A stretch of DNA of 64,000 nucleotides from Escherichia coli (lineage in GTDB: Bacteria > Pseudomonadota > Gammaproteobacteria > Enterobacterales > Enterobacteriaceae), in NCBI RefSeq assembly GCF_044324875.1, contig NZ_CP172185.1. One strand, written 5' to 3'. The notes under the pieces were generated by a model. It was not told the origin of the DNA. It made no database searches and was given only the letters and a program-made list of their open reading frames with translations. Both the position numbers and the translations under genes were made by a program. Within the stretch, counting starts at the first letter, position 1; the number at the start of each line of letters is the position of its first letter. Positions 26,101 to 38,986 of the stretch are shown here, in pieces.

Positions 26101-26999
26101 TGGCGAAAACTCGTGGTGATTCAACACAGTCATCACCTTTCCCGACAACGGAGCGCATTAACTTCCGTGGCTGGCCGGACGCCCAAATACGATGCGCAGA
26201 GTGCTGGTTCTGGGGGCAAAAATTCGGGCGCATTGACAGTGATATCACCATTTCTGGCAATACATTAACGCTGACCAATGGACTGATTGATACTGGTTTC
26301 TCGCGGCTTACTGCCGATGGTGAATGGGTTAACAATCCGGGAAATGAACGCACCTCGCTGAAAGGAAAACTGCGTGGGCAGAAAATTGATGCCGCCGCAG
26401 AATTTTTTGGTGTCACGACGCCCATACGCCAGTCGTCATTTAATGTGGATTACGATTTACACTGGCGCAAAGCACCCTGGCAACCAGATGAGGCGACGTT
26501 GAATGGCATCATTCATACTCAACTGGGCAAAGGCGAAATTACCGAAATCAATACCGGACATGCCGGGCAATTGCTGCGCTTATTGAGCGTTGATGCCCTG
26601 ATGCGTAAGCTGCGTTTTGATTTCAGAGACACCTTTGGTGAAGGGTTCTATTTTGACTCCATTCGCAGCACCGCGTGGATTAAAGACGGCGTTATGCACA
26701 CCGACGACACGCTGGTGGATGGCCTGGAAGCGGACATTGCCATGAAAGGGTCGGTAAATCTGGTGCGTCGCGACCTGAATATGGAAGCGGTTGTCGCACC
26801 AGAGATTTCTGCGACGGTGGGCGTGGCTGCGGCTTTTGCGGTTAACCCCATTGTTGGCGCGGCAGTGTTTGCAGCCAGTAAAGTGCTGGGGCCGCTGTGG
26901 AGCAAAGTCTCCATTTTGCGCTATCACATTTCGGGTCCGCTGGACGATCCGCAAATCAACGAAGTGTTGCGCCAACCGCGTAAAGAAAAAGCGCAATGA
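23199..26999 (+). CDS. yhdP: AsmA-like inner-membrane-anchored periplasm-spanning protein YhdP
   Basis: ORF track 23199..26999 (1266 aa), GTG start; N-terminal TM anchor (LLLTGAALVVIAALLVSGL); size and position match YhdP. Confidence 0.93.
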   Translation: MRRLPGILLLTGAALVVIAALLVSGLRIALPHLDAWRPEILNKIESATGMPVEASQLSASWQNFGPTLEAHDIRAELKDGGEFSVKRVTLALDVWQSLLHMRWQFRDLTFWQLRFRTNTPITSGGGNDSLEASHISDLFLRQFDHFDLRDSEVSFLTPSGQRAELVIPQLTWLNDPRRHRAEGLVSLSSLTGQHGVMQVRMDLRDDEGLLSNGRVWLQADDIDLKPWLGKWMQDNIALETAQFSLEGWMTIDKGDVTGGDVWLKQGGASWLGEKQTHTLSVDNLTAHITRENPGWQFSIPDTRITMDGKPWPSGALTLAWIPEQDVGGKDNKRSDELRIRASNLELAGLEGIRPLAAKLSPALGDVWRSTQPSGKINTLALDIPLQAADKTRFQASWSDLAWNQWKLLPGTEHFSGTLSGSVENGLLTASMKQAKMPYETVFRAPLEIADGQATISWLNNDKGFQLDGRNIDVKAKAVHARGGFRYLQPANDEPWLGILAGISTDDGSQAWRYFPENLMGKDLVDYLSGAIQGGEADNATLVYGGNPQLFPYKHNEGQFEVLVPLRNAKFAFQPDWPALTNLDIELDFINDGLWMKTDGVNLGGVRASNLTAVIPDYSKEKLLIDADIKGPGKAVGPYFDETPLKDSLGATLQELQLDGDVNARLHLDIPLNGELVTAKGEVTLRNNSLFIKPLDSTLKNLSGKFSFINGDLQSEPLTASWFNQPLNVDFSTKEGAKAYQVAVNLNGNWQPAKTGVLPAAVNEALSGSVAWDGKVGIDLPYHAGATYNVELNGDLKNVSSHLPSPLAKPAGEPLPVNVKVDGNLNSFELTGQAGADNHFNSRWLLGQKLTLDRAIWAADSKTLPPLPEQSGVELNMPPMNGAEWLALFQKGAAESVGGAASFPQHITLRTPMLSLGNQQWNNLSIVSQPTANGTLVEAQGREINATLAMRNNAPWLANIKYLYYNPSVAKTRGDSTQSSPFPTTERINFRGWPDAQIRCAECWFWGQKFGRIDSDITISGNTLTLTNGLIDTGFSRLTADGEWVNNPGNERTSLKGKLRGQKIDAAAEFFGVTTPIRQSSFNVDYDLHWRKAPWQPDEATLNGIIHTQLGKGEITEINTGHAGQLLRLLSVDALMRKLRFDFRDTFGEGFYFDSIRSTAWIKDGVMHTDDTLVDGLEADIAMKGSVNLVRRDLNMEAVVAPEISATVGVAAAFAVNPIVGAAVFAASKVLGPLWSKVSILRYHISGPLDDPQINEVLRQPRKEKAQ

Positions 27000-27072
27000 T
27001 TTGACGAGGGCGCGTAATTGCCCCAATCTCATATGATAATCGTTGCCAAAGGCCAACGAGCCAGAACATAAC

Positions 27073-27107
27073 CGTAGGCCGGACAGGGCGTTCACGCCGC
27101 ATCCGGC
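27073..27107. repeat. REP (repetitive extragenic palindromic) element
   Basis: cgtaggccggacagggcgttcacgccgcatccggc is the reverse complement of the canonical GCCGGATGCGGCGTGAACGCC...CCGGCCTACG REP motif; lies between yhdP and tldD. Confidence 0.85.
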
Positions 27108-27139
27108 AGCCGTAAAAAATCCTCTACTGCAGTAACTAA

Positions 27140-28600
<1,461 letters not shown>

Positions 28601-28646
28601 TAATTTCACTATTTTCAGAAGGATAATTAATCCTTCTACGTGCACG

Positions 28647-28690
28647 AACGGTCCCCTCGCCCCTCTGGGGTTAGGGTGAGGGGAACCCGT
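28647..28690. repeat. G/C-rich imperfect palindrome (REP-like hairpin) between convergent tldD and aaeR
   Basis: acggtcccctcgcccctctggggttagggtgaggggaacccgt; CCCCTC / GAGGGG arms; a related copy occurs after nanA (47323-47357). Confidence 0.5.
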
Positions 28691-28727
28691 TGGCACAGGT
28701 TTGTACAACGTAACAGTATAATATTAA

Positions 28728-29657
28728 TTACTTCTCTTTCCCGCGCCCGTGCATCTCCTGAAACAATTTACCGACCTCAACAAAATAATCCGTCAGCGAG
28801 TTGATCACGACCTGTACCTTCAGCGGCAGCTTATCTTTTTCGGTATATAACGCATAAACCGGGCGTGGATCTGACTGATAACGCGGCAGCAGGATCTCCA
28901 GCTCCCCACGATTGATCTCGTTGATCACCCACATCAGCGGCACGTAGGCGATCCCGGCACCCGCCGTCAGCCAGCGCACCAGCGTCATCGGATCATTAGT
29001 CACAAATCTTCCTTGTGGGATCAGGCGAGTCGAGATCCCTTCCGGTGCGATCAGTTCAAATTCATTGTCGGGCCGCACGCTGTATTCAAGCCATGAATGA
29101 CTACTCAAATCGGCGGGTTTTTCCGGTATGCCGTATTGTGTGAGATAGCTTTTCGCGGCGCACACCACCATCGGCATCGCGCCCAGACGGCGGGAAAACA
29201 GGCTGGAATCCTGCAACGCGCCGACGCGGATCACCACATCCAGACCGTCGGCAATCAGGTCGGGGGCAGGAATTCCGGTAACCAGATTGACGCTCAAACC
29301 TGGGTATTCTTTCAGCATTTTTGCTGTCAGCCCGGCGAGAACATTTTGTGCCATAGTTGAAGAACAGCCAATGCGCAGCGTCCCGATGGGGGTGTTATTG
29401 AAGGCATACAGTTGCTCATGAACATCCTGCACTTCATGGAGCATCCGACGGCAGCCCTGGTAGTAAATTCTGCCGGCTTCAGTCAGGCCAATGCTGCGTG
29501 TACTACGGTTTAACAGCTTTACCTGCAACTCATCTTCCAGTTTTGACACCGTCTGACTGATGGACGAAACGCTCATCTGTAGCTGTCTGGCGGCGGCGGT
29601 AAAAGAGCCAAATTCAACTACTTTGGCAAACACCGACATGCGTTTTAGTCGTTCCAT
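28728..29657 (-). CDS. aaeR: LysR-family transcriptional activator AaeR
   Basis: ORF track 28728..29657 (309 aa) MERLKRMSVFAKVVEFGSFTAAARQLQMSVSSISQTVSKLE (LysR HTH); divergent from aaeXAB. Confidence 0.93.
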   Translation of the reverse strand: MERLKRMSVFAKVVEFGSFTAAARQLQMSVSSISQTVSKLEDELQVKLLNRSTRSIGLTEAGRIYYQGCRRMLHEVQDVHEQLYAFNNTPIGTLRIGCSSTMAQNVLAGLTAKMLKEYPGLSVNLVTGIPAPDLIADGLDVVIRVGALQDSSLFSRRLGAMPMVVCAAKSYLTQYGIPEKPADLSSHSWLEYSVRPDNEFELIAPEGISTRLIPQGRFVTNDPMTLVRWLTAGAGIAYVPLMWVINEINRGELEILLPRYQSDPRPVYALYTEKDKLPLKVQVVINSLTDYFVEVGKLFQEMHGRGKEK

Positions 29658-29839
29658 TATTCACTCTGACTTAAAAGTGATTTAGATCACATAATATAGA
29701 TAACAGCATAACAGTTACGCTAATATATTAAATATCAATCTACAGCAATGTTGCTCTCGCCCGGCTTTCCATGCCCTTCTCTGCGGCGACAGATGCTGAA
29801 AATAATAACGCCTGCTCTCTCTATACAACCAAGGTCAAC

Positions 29840-30043
29840 ATGAGTCTGTTTCCCGTTATCGTGGTGTTTGGGCTGTCCTTCCCACCGATATTTTTTGAAT
29901 TGCTTTTATCACTGGCGATTTTCTGGCTGGTGCGCCGGGTACTTGTGCCAACAGGTATCTACGACTTTGTCTGGCATCCGGCGTTGTTCAACACCGCGCT
30001 CTATTGCTGCTTGTTTTATTTGATATCGCGACTGTTCGTTTGA
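29840..30043 (+). CDS. aaeX: Small membrane protein AaeX
   Basis: ORF track 29771..30043; start set at [31 protein letters not shown] (67 aa). Confidence 0.85.
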
Positions 30044-30050
30044 GGTTGAA

Positions 30051-30983
30051 GTGAAAACACTAATAAGAAAATTCTCCCGTACGGCCATCACGGTCGTATT
30101 AGTCATTCTGGCCTTCATCGCAATTTTTAATGCCTGGGTCTATTACACCGAATCCCCGTGGACGCGTGACGCGCGCTTTAGCGCTGACGTCGTTGCGATC
30201 GCGCCGGACGTTTCTGGACTTATCACCCAGGTGAATGTTCATGATAACCAGCTGGTGAAAAAAGGACAGGTACTGTTCACCATCGACCAGCCGCGCTATC
30301 AAAAGGCGCTTGAGGAAGCGCAAGCCGATGTTGCTTATTATCAGGTACTGGCACAGGAGAAACGCCAGGAGGCAGGACGTCGTAACCGTCTCGGTGTGCA
30401 GGCGATGTCCCGCGAAGAGATCGACCAGGCCAACAACGTACTACAAACAGTTCTGCATCAGTTAGCGAAAGCGCAGGCGACCCGCGATCTGGCAAAACTG
30501 GATCTTGAACGCACGGTGATCCGCGCGCCAGCAGATGGCTGGGTGACCAACCTCAACGTCTATACCGGTGAGTTTATTACCCGTGGATCAACGGCGGTTG
30601 CGCTGGTGAAACAGAACTCCTTCTATGTACTGGCCTATATGGAAGAAACTAAGCTGGAAGGGGTGCGCCCTGGGTATCGTGCAGAGATCACGCCGCTTGG
30701 CAGTAACAAAGTGCTAAAAGGGACTGTTGATAGTGTTGCCGCAGGGGTCACCAACGCCAGCAGCACGCGTGACGACAAAGGGATGGCGACCATCGACTCT
30801 AACCTTGAATGGGTGCGTTTGGCGCAACGTGTTCCGGTTCGTATTCGTCTCGACAACCAGCAAGAGAACATCTGGCCTGCGGGCACCACTGCTACAGTGG
30901 TGGTCACTGGCAAACAAGATCGCGACGAAAGCCAGGATTCGTTCTTCCGTAAAATGGCCCATCGCCTGCGTGAGTTTGGTTAA
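30051..30983 (+). CDS. aaeA: p-hydroxybenzoic acid efflux pump membrane-fusion subunit AaeA
   Basis: ORF track 30051..30983 (310 aa); HlyD-like adaptor with N-terminal TM. Confidence 0.93.
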
Positions 30984-30988
30984 TCACG

Positions 30989-32956
30989 ATGGGTATTTTC
31001 TCCATTGCTAACCAACATATTCGCTTTGCGGTAAAACTGGCGACCGCCATTGTACTGGCGCTGTTTGTTGGCTTTCACTTCCAGCTGGAAACGCCACGCT
31101 GGGCAGTACTGACAGCGGCGATTGTTGCCGCCGGTCCGGCCTTTGCTGCGGGAGGTGAACCGTATTCTGGCGCTATTCGCTATCGTGGCTTTTTGCGCAT
31201 CATCGGCACATTTATTGGCTGTATTGCCGGACTGGTGATCATTATTGCGATGATCCGTGCACCATTATTGATGATTCTGGTGTGCTGTATCTGGGCCGGT
31301 TTTTGTACCTGGATATCCTCGCTGGTACGAATAGAAAACTCGTATGCGTGGGGGCTGGCCGGTTATACCGCGCTGATCATTGTGATCACCATTCAGCCGG
31401 AACCATTGCTTACGCCGCAGTTTGCCGTCGAACGTTGTAGCGAGATCGTTATCGGTATTGTGTGTGCCATTATGGCGGATTTGCTCTTTTCTCCGCGATC
31501 GATCAAACAAGAAGTGGATCGAGAGCTGGAAAGTTTGCTGGTCGCGCAATATCAATTAATGCAACTCTGTATCAAGCATGGCGATGGTGAAGTTGTCGAT
31601 AAAGCCTGGGGCGATCTGGTGCGACGCACCACGGCGTTACAAGGTATGCGCAGCAACCTGAATATGGAATCTTCCCGCTGGGCGCGGGCCAATCGACGTT
31701 TAAAAGCGATTAATACGCTATCGCTGACGCTGATTACACAATCCTGCGAAACTTATCTTATTCAGAATACGCGCCCGGAATTGATCACTGATACTTTCCG
31801 CGAATTTTTTGACACGCCGGTAGAAACCGCGCAGGACGTCCACAAGCAGCTCAAACGCCTGCGGAGAGTTATCGCCTGGACTGGGGAACGGGAAACGCCT
31901 GTCACCATTTATAGCTGGGTCGCGGCGGCAACGCGTTATCAGCTTCTCAAGCGCGGCGTTATCAGTAACACAAAAATCAACGCCACCGAAGAAGAGATCC
32001 TGCAAGGCGAACCGGAAGTCAAAGTAGAGTCAGCCGAACGTCATCATGCGATGGTTAACTTCTGGCGAACCACACTTTCCTGCATTCTGGGGACGCTTTT
32101 CTGGCTGTGGACGGGCTGGACTTCCGGCAGTGGTGCAATGGTGATGATTGCGGTAGTGACGTCACTGGCAATGCGTTTGCCGAATCCACGCATGGTGGCG
32201 ATCGACTTTATCTACGGGACGCTGGCAGCGCTGCCGTTAGGGCTGCTCTACTTTTTGGTGATTATCCCTAATACTCAACAGAGCATGTTGCTGCTGTGTA
32301 TTAGCCTGGCAGTGCTGGGATTCTTCCTCGGTATAGAAGTACAGAAACGGCGACTGGGCTCGATGGGGGCGCTGGCCAGCACCATAAATATTATCGTGCT
32401 GGATAACCCGATGACTTTCCATTTCAGTCAGTTTCTCGACAGCGCATTAGGGCAAATCGTCGGCTGTGTGCTCGCGTTCACCGTTATTTTGCTGGTGCGG
32501 GATAAATCGCGCGACAGGACTGGACGTGTACTGCTTAATCAGTTCGTTTCTGCTGCTGTTTCCGCGATGACTACCAATGTGGCACGTCGTAAAGAGAACC
32601 ACCTCCCGGCACTTTATCAGCAGCTGTTTTTGCTGATGAATAAGTTCCCAGGGGATTTGCCGAAATTTCGCCTGGCGCTGACGATGATTATCGCGCACCA
32701 GCGCCTGCGTGATGCGCCGATCCCGGTTAACGAGGATTTATCGGCGTTTCACCGACAAATGCGCCGCACAGCAGACCATGTGATATCTGCTCGTAGCGAT
32801 GATAAACGTCGTCGGTACTTTGGCCAGTTGCTGGAAGAACTTGAAATCTATCAGGAAAAGCTACGCATCTGGCAAGCGCCACCGCAGGTGACGGAACCGG
32901 TTCATCGGCTGGCGGGGATGCTCCATAAGTATCAACATGCGTTGACCGATAGTTAA
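30989..32956 (+). CDS. aaeB: p-hydroxybenzoic acid efflux pump subunit AaeB
   Basis: ORF track 30989..32956 (655 aa); polytopic membrane protein; 5 bp after aaeA. Confidence 0.93.
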
Positions 32957-32959
32957 GTC

Positions 32960-32988
32960 AAAACCGACGCCAAAAGCGTCGGTTTTTT
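32960..32988 (+). terminator. Intrinsic terminator after aaeB
   Basis: ccgacgc-caaaa-gcgtcgg hairpin followed by tttttt (32983-32988). Confidence 0.8.
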
Positions 32989-33047
32989 CATGGCTATACT
33001 TAGCGATGAACGGCAGAACTCGCCGCGAAACGTGACGGTGGCAACAG

Positions 33048-33320
33048 ATGAATATTTATACCTTTGATTTTGATGAGATTGAGAGTCAGGAGGATTTTTA
33101 TCGCGACTTCAGCCAAGCCTTTGGTCTGGCGAAAGATAAGGTACGCGATCTCGACTCACTATGGGATGTGTTAATGAACGATGTCCTGCCGCTACCACTT
33201 GAGATTGAATTTGTTCATCTGGGAGAGAAAACGCGTCGCCGTTTTGGCGCGTTAATATTGCTGTTTGATGAGGCAGAGGAAGAGCTGGAAGGGCATTTGC
33301 GTTTTAATGTTCGTCATTAG
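33048..33320 (+). CDS. yhcO: Barstar-like ribonuclease-inhibitor family protein YhcO
   Basis: ORF track 33048..33320 (90 aa) [46 protein letters not shown]...; acidic, barstar-like. Confidence 0.85.
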   Translation: MNIYTFDFDEIESQEDFYRDFSQAFGLAKDKVRDLDSLWDVLMNDVLPLPLEIEFVHLGEKTRRRFGALILLFDEAEEELEGHLRFNVRH

Positions 33321-33322
33321 CG

Positions 33323-33348
33323 CAAAAAAAAGCCCCCGAACCGGGGGC
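33323..33348 (-). terminator. Intrinsic terminator after yhcN (shared with yhcO)
   Basis: gcccccg-aac-cgggggc hairpin (33332-33348) preceded on plus strand by aaaaaaaa (T-run on minus strand). Confidence 0.75.
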
Positions 33349-33375
33349 AATATCGTCGGACAAGACGATGAGGGT

Positions 33376-33639
33376 TTATTTGTACAGTTCAGCCGTAGCG
33401 TGCCAGGTGTCACCGCTACGAGCTTCAGTAATCTGGTAGGCCGTTGCGCCTTTCTCTTCCGCTTTTTTGTTCAGCATTTCACGCATATCCATTGGCGAAG
33501 ACGCCACACCACTTACGGATACGGTCCCGATTGCTTCACGATTTTGTGCTTGTGCAGCATCAATGGAGTCGGCAGCGAATGCACCGAAAGAGAGAACAGA
33601 AAGTACGCTTAATGCAGCAACAGTGGTTTTGATTTTCAT
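33376..33639 (-). CDS. yhcN: Stress-induced periplasmic DUF1471 protein YhcN
   Basis: ORF track 33376..33690; start set at MKIKTTVAALSVLSVLSFGAFA (signal peptide, 87 aa). Confidence 0.85.
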   Translation of the reverse strand: MKIKTTVAALSVLSVLSFGAFAADSIDAAQAQNREAIGTVSVSGVASSPMDMREMLNKKAEEKGATAYQITEARSGDTWHATAELYK

Positions 33640-34003
33640 GATTTTTACCTCGACATAATCTTTTAGCTGGGCCTTTGTTTCGTGACCCATATCACAAAAT
33701 CAAGTATACACTAATTATTGAACTAATTAATACCACGCTAACTGTTTCAGTTGATACTAAGTGTTAAAAATGTGAGTTTTAATAACAAAAAAGAATTAAA
33801 AACACGGTTATTTATTATTAATTCTATTGTTTTCAATTAGATAATGAATTTTGCATAATGTGCTTTTTTTACCGTATGTATTCATTGTGTGAATGACATG
33901 TCGCAGTAAAACGCACTATTCGTTAAATTAATCGGAGAGGAAAGCAGGGGGTTGAGAGGGATAAGCAACATTTTCCCCGCCGCCAGAAGCGACGGGGCAG
34001 AGA

Positions 34004-34477
<474 letters not shown>

Positions 34478-34499
34478 TCACCCGATATGGTGGTTGATA

Positions 34500-34540
34500 C
34501 AACATTATTGTGCATACAGATGAATTTTTATGCAAACAGT
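34500..34540 (-). promoter_or_regulatory. Putative ARG boxes (ArgR autoregulation) in argR promoter
   Basis: ttgtgcatacagatgaatttttatgcaaacagt contains two adjacent TGAAT/ATTCA-like half sites (tgaatttttatgca; tgcatacagatgaat) about 30-60 bp upstream of argR. Confidence 0.5.
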
Positions 34541-34833
34541 CAGCCCTGAAGAAGGCTGAAATAATGTTATGAAAGAGCGGGATTTTATCAAATTTCGTTA
34601 TTGAGAAACATGCCTGCGTCACGGCATGCAAATTCTGCTTAAAAGTAAATTAATTGTTATCAAATTGATGTTGTTTTGGCTGAACGGTAGGGTATATTGT
34701 CACCACCTGTTGGAATGTTGCGCTAATGCATAAGCGACTGTTAATTACGTAAGTTAGGTTCCTGATTACGGCAATTAAATGCATAAACGCTAAACTTGCG
34801 TGACTACACATTCTTGAGATGTGGTCATTGTAA

Positions 34834-35847
<1,014 letters not shown>

Positions 35848-35863
35848 TTGATTAGCGGATAAT

Positions 35864-35895
35864 AAAAAACCGGAGCACAGACTCCGGTTTTTTGT
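35864..35895. terminator. Bidirectional intrinsic terminator between convergent mdh and degS
   Basis: aaaaaa-ccggag-cacaga-ctccgg-tttttt (A-run, perfect 6-bp stem, T-run). Confidence 0.85.
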
Positions 35896-35909
35896 TTTGA
35901 GCGCACGAC

Positions 35910-36977
35910 TTAATTGGTTGCCGGATATTCCTGAATGGTGACCTGCAGCGTTAACTGCTTATCATCACGCATCACTACAACCGGGATCACCGAGCCAGGG
36001 CGAATTTCCGCCACCTGATCCATCGTCTCCAGAGCAGAGATGGCCGGTTTGTTATCCACCGAAATAATCAAATCGTTGACCTGAATACCCGCATTCGCCG
36101 CCGGGCCGTCAGGTGACACTTCATTAACCACGATCCCTTGCAGTTGATCTATACCACCGCCCTGCGCGTGCAGTGGTGCGATCTCACGTCCGCCGATACC
36201 AATGTAGCCGCGGATCACGCGACCATCGCGGATCAGCTTATCCATAATTTTGGTTGCTAACTGGAAAGGAATCGCAAAGCCGATGCCTTCCGGCGTTTCG
36301 CCATCGTTACTCTTATCAAACGATAGCGTGTTAATGCCCATCAGTTCGCCCAGCGAGTTCACCAGCGCGCCGCCAGAGTTACCGTGGTTAATGGAAGCAT
36401 CAGTTTGCAGGAAGTTTTGCCGCCCGGTTGGGTTCAGACCAATTCGACCCGTGGCACTAATAATCCCCTGGGTAATGGTCTGCCCGAGGTTGTACGGGTT
36501 ACCGATCGCCAGTACCACGTCGCCAATGTGCGGTACGCGACGTGCATTGATTGGAATAGTAGGTAAACCGCCAGTGGCATTAATTTTAAGTACCGCCAGA
36601 TCGGTTAGAGAGTCAGATCCCACCAGCAATGCTTCAAATACACGTCCATCCTGTAAGGCGACGATGATCTGATCGGCGTCGTTGATGACGTGTTTATTGG
36701 TGATGATATAACCGCGTTGATCCATGATTACACCGGATCCCAGGGTGCGGATCTCAAGCTGGTTGTGAGAGTTGGTGTTCAAACCTCGGTTGTAAACGTT
36801 AACCACCGCTGGCGCGGCGCGGCGAACCGCCAGATTATAGCTGGCAGGCGTCTCATCGGTACTGTCAAATTGCGGAGTGGAAAGCGGGTTAAGGCTGCGC
36901 AGCGAAGGCATGGCAACCAGCAGAATAGCGCCGACAATTAATCCAATCGCAACGGAACGTAAGAGCTTCACAAACAT
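35910..36977 (-). CDS. degS: Periplasmic serine endoprotease DegS
   Basis: ORF track 35910..36977 (355 aa); N-terminal TM anchor, trypsin-like domain (GNSGGAL) and one PDZ domain. Confidence 0.95.
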   Translation of the reverse strand: MFVKLLRSVAIGLIVGAILLVAMPSLRSLNPLSTPQFDSTDETPASYNLAVRRAAPAVVNVYNRGLNTNSHNQLEIRTLGSGVIMDQRGYIITNKHVINDADQIIVALQDGRVFEALLVGSDSLTDLAVLKINATGGLPTIPINARRVPHIGDVVLAIGNPYNLGQTITQGIISATGRIGLNPTGRQNFLQTDASINHGNSGGALVNSLGELMGINTLSFDKSNDGETPEGIGFAIPFQLATKIMDKLIRDGRVIRGYIGIGGREIAPLHAQGGGIDQLQGIVVNEVSPDGPAANAGIQVNDLIISVDNKPAISALETMDQVAEIRPGSVIPVVVMRDDKQLTLQVTIQEYPATN

Positions 36978-37066
36978 GATGGAGGCGTCATTAAAAAAGG
37001 GAACGGCAGCAGCATACCACGAGTTAACCGGACATCACACGTCAGCCTGATGCCCGGTTTACGACA

Positions 37067-38434
37067 TTAACGCATCAGCAGATAGATGCTTTCATTGCCG
37101 CGTACAATTTGCAGGGCGATGATGGCCGGTTTTGCCGCCAGCACTTTACGCATTTCAGCAATCGAGTTCACCCGATCGCGGTTGACGCCAATGATCACAT
37201 CGTCTTTTTGCAAGCCTGCCTGAGCAGCTGGGCTTCCTTTGACAACCTCATCGATCTTAATACCTTTGCCGCCATCTTTTAGCTGACCATCGCTCAACGT
37301 TGCACCTTCAAGCGCTGGCGTGATCATTTCAGCGCTGGCCGACGAAGAGGTGCTGGTATCGAGCGTCACTTCTACTTCCAGTGGTTTGCCGTTACGCAGC
37401 AGGCCAAGCTTCACTTTCGTGCCCGGCTCGGTGGTTGCGATACGAGAGCGCAACTCAGCAAAGCTATTCAGCGGTTTGCCGTTGAGGCTGGTAATAATAT
37501 CGCCCGCTTTGATGCCCGCTTTTGCCGAGCCAGAACCTGGCAACACTTCGCTGACAAACGCGCCACGCTGCACGTCAAGGTTGAAGGCTTTGGCGATATC
37601 GGCACTCATCTCTGTGCCTTTGATGCCTAACAGACCGCGTTTGATTTCACCAAAGTCGATAAGCTGCTGCGCCAGTGTTCGCGCCATATTACTGGGGATG
37701 GCAAATCCAATCCCGACGCTCCCGCCACCAGGCGCAAGGATTGCCGTGTTGATGCCAATTAACTCACCGTTAAGATTTAACAGTGCACCGCCGGAGTTAC
37801 CGCGGTTAATGGAAGCATCTGTCTGGATAAAGTTTTCCAGACCTTCAAGATTCAACCCACTGCGGCCTAATGCTGACACAATGCCAGAGGTGGCGGTTTG
37901 CCCAAGGCCAAATGGGTTACCGACCGCCACGGCAAAATCACCGACGCGCAATTTATCGGAGTCGGCAATAGCGATTTGCGTTAATTTGCTCGGGTTTTGA
38001 ATTTGCAACAGGGCGATATCGCTCTGGTCATCGCTACCAATCAGTTTTGCATCAAACTCGCGCCCATCATTGAGCTGGATACTGATTTTCTGTGCCTGAT
38101 TAATCACATGGTTGTTGGTAAGCACATAGCCTTTACTGGCGTTGATGATGACACCGGAGCCTAAACCTTCGAAGGGTTGTGCAGGTTGATCCGGTAAATC
38201 ATCACCAAAAAACTTTTTGAATTCTTCCGGGATTTTCTGTCCCTGACTGGCCGTTCCTTCCACCCGTACGCTCACCACTGCCGGAAGCACTTTTTCCAGC
38301 ATTGGGGCCAGACTGGGGAGAGGGGCCTGATCGGCAACCTGGCCTGGAATCGACGCAACGGCCTGAAATGACGCCGAGAGAGTTAACCCGACACTTAACG
38401 CTAATGCACTCAACAGCTGGGTTTGTTTTTTCAT
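37067..38434 (-). CDS. degQ: Periplasmic serine endoprotease DegQ
   Basis: ORF track 37067..38476; start set at MKKQTQLLSALALSVGLTLSASFQAVA (signal peptide; 455 aa); GNSGGAL catalytic motif, two PDZ domains. Confidence 0.95.
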   Translation of the reverse strand: MKKQTQLLSALALSVGLTLSASFQAVASIPGQVADQAPLPSLAPMLEKVLPAVVSVRVEGTASQGQKIPEEFKKFFGDDLPDQPAQPFEGLGSGVIINASKGYVLTNNHVINQAQKISIQLNDGREFDAKLIGSDDQSDIALLQIQNPSKLTQIAIADSDKLRVGDFAVAVGNPFGLGQTATSGIVSALGRSGLNLEGLENFIQTDASINRGNSGGALLNLNGELIGINTAILAPGGGSVGIGFAIPSNMARTLAQQLIDFGEIKRGLLGIKGTEMSADIAKAFNLDVQRGAFVSEVLPGSGSAKAGIKAGDIITSLNGKPLNSFAELRSRIATTEPGTKVKLGLLRNGKPLEVEVTLDTSTSSSASAEMITPALEGATLSDGQLKDGGKGIKIDEVVKGSPAAQAGLQKDDVIIGVNRDRVNSIAEMRKVLAAKPAIIALQIVRGNESIYLLMR

Positions 38435-38587
38435 TATTCCTGCTCTCGTACCTGAATGATAAGAAAAGAGATTCAAAACAGTTTGATGTTATTGAATTTT
38501 CAGACGGCTAACAATGAGACACCAGATTAAATGATAGTCGGGGAGGGGGAGAAGAGGAGGGCGCAATGGCTGCGCCCGAAAAATAAA

Positions 38588-38986
38588 TTAGTCGCGCTTC
38601 GCGCCAGTACGCAGCAGGCCGGACGCGCCTTCAGAATAGTCGCGAGGCATCTGCACCGGTGCCTGATCGTTGCTGGCTTCAGACTCTGCCAGACGATTAC
38701 GGAACGGGTTTGCTTCAGCAGACAGTTCCGGCAGCAGGCTGCTGGAGCTTTTCGCCATGTGTTGATACAGCTGGCGATAGTCGTGCGCCATGGTATCCAG
38801 TAATTCCGCGCTGCGGGCAAAGTGGCTGACCAGCTCTTCGCGATACTCGTCCAGTTCAGCTTTATTCTTTTCCAGTTCGTACTGCAACGCCTGTTGCTGG
38901 CGTAGTTTACGATTACCAAAACGCATGGCCACAGCACCAATAATGATGCCGACGACTAACCCAATTAGCGCATATTCCCAGGTCAT
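38588..38986 (-). CDS. zapG: Z-ring associated inner-membrane protein ZapG (YhcB)
   Basis: ORF track 38588..38992; start set at MTWEYALIGLVVGIIIGAVAMRFG (132 aa); N-terminal TM then coiled coil. Confidence 0.9.
   Translation of the reverse strand: MTWEYALIGLVVGIIIGAVAMRFGNRKLRQQQALQYELEKNKAELDEYREELVSHFARSAELLDTMAHDYRQLYQHMAKSSSSLLPELSAEANPFRNRLAESEASNDQAPVQMPRDYSEGASGLLRTGAKRD

Noticed and set aside
37021-37066. Hairpin ccggacatca...tgatgcccgg between degQ and degS as a terminator
   Set aside because: One mismatch in stem and no following T-tract on the minus strand.
37320-38000. 226-aa plus-strand ORF antisense to degQ
   Set aside because: Antisense to degQ; Pro/Arg/Ser-rich low-complexity translation.
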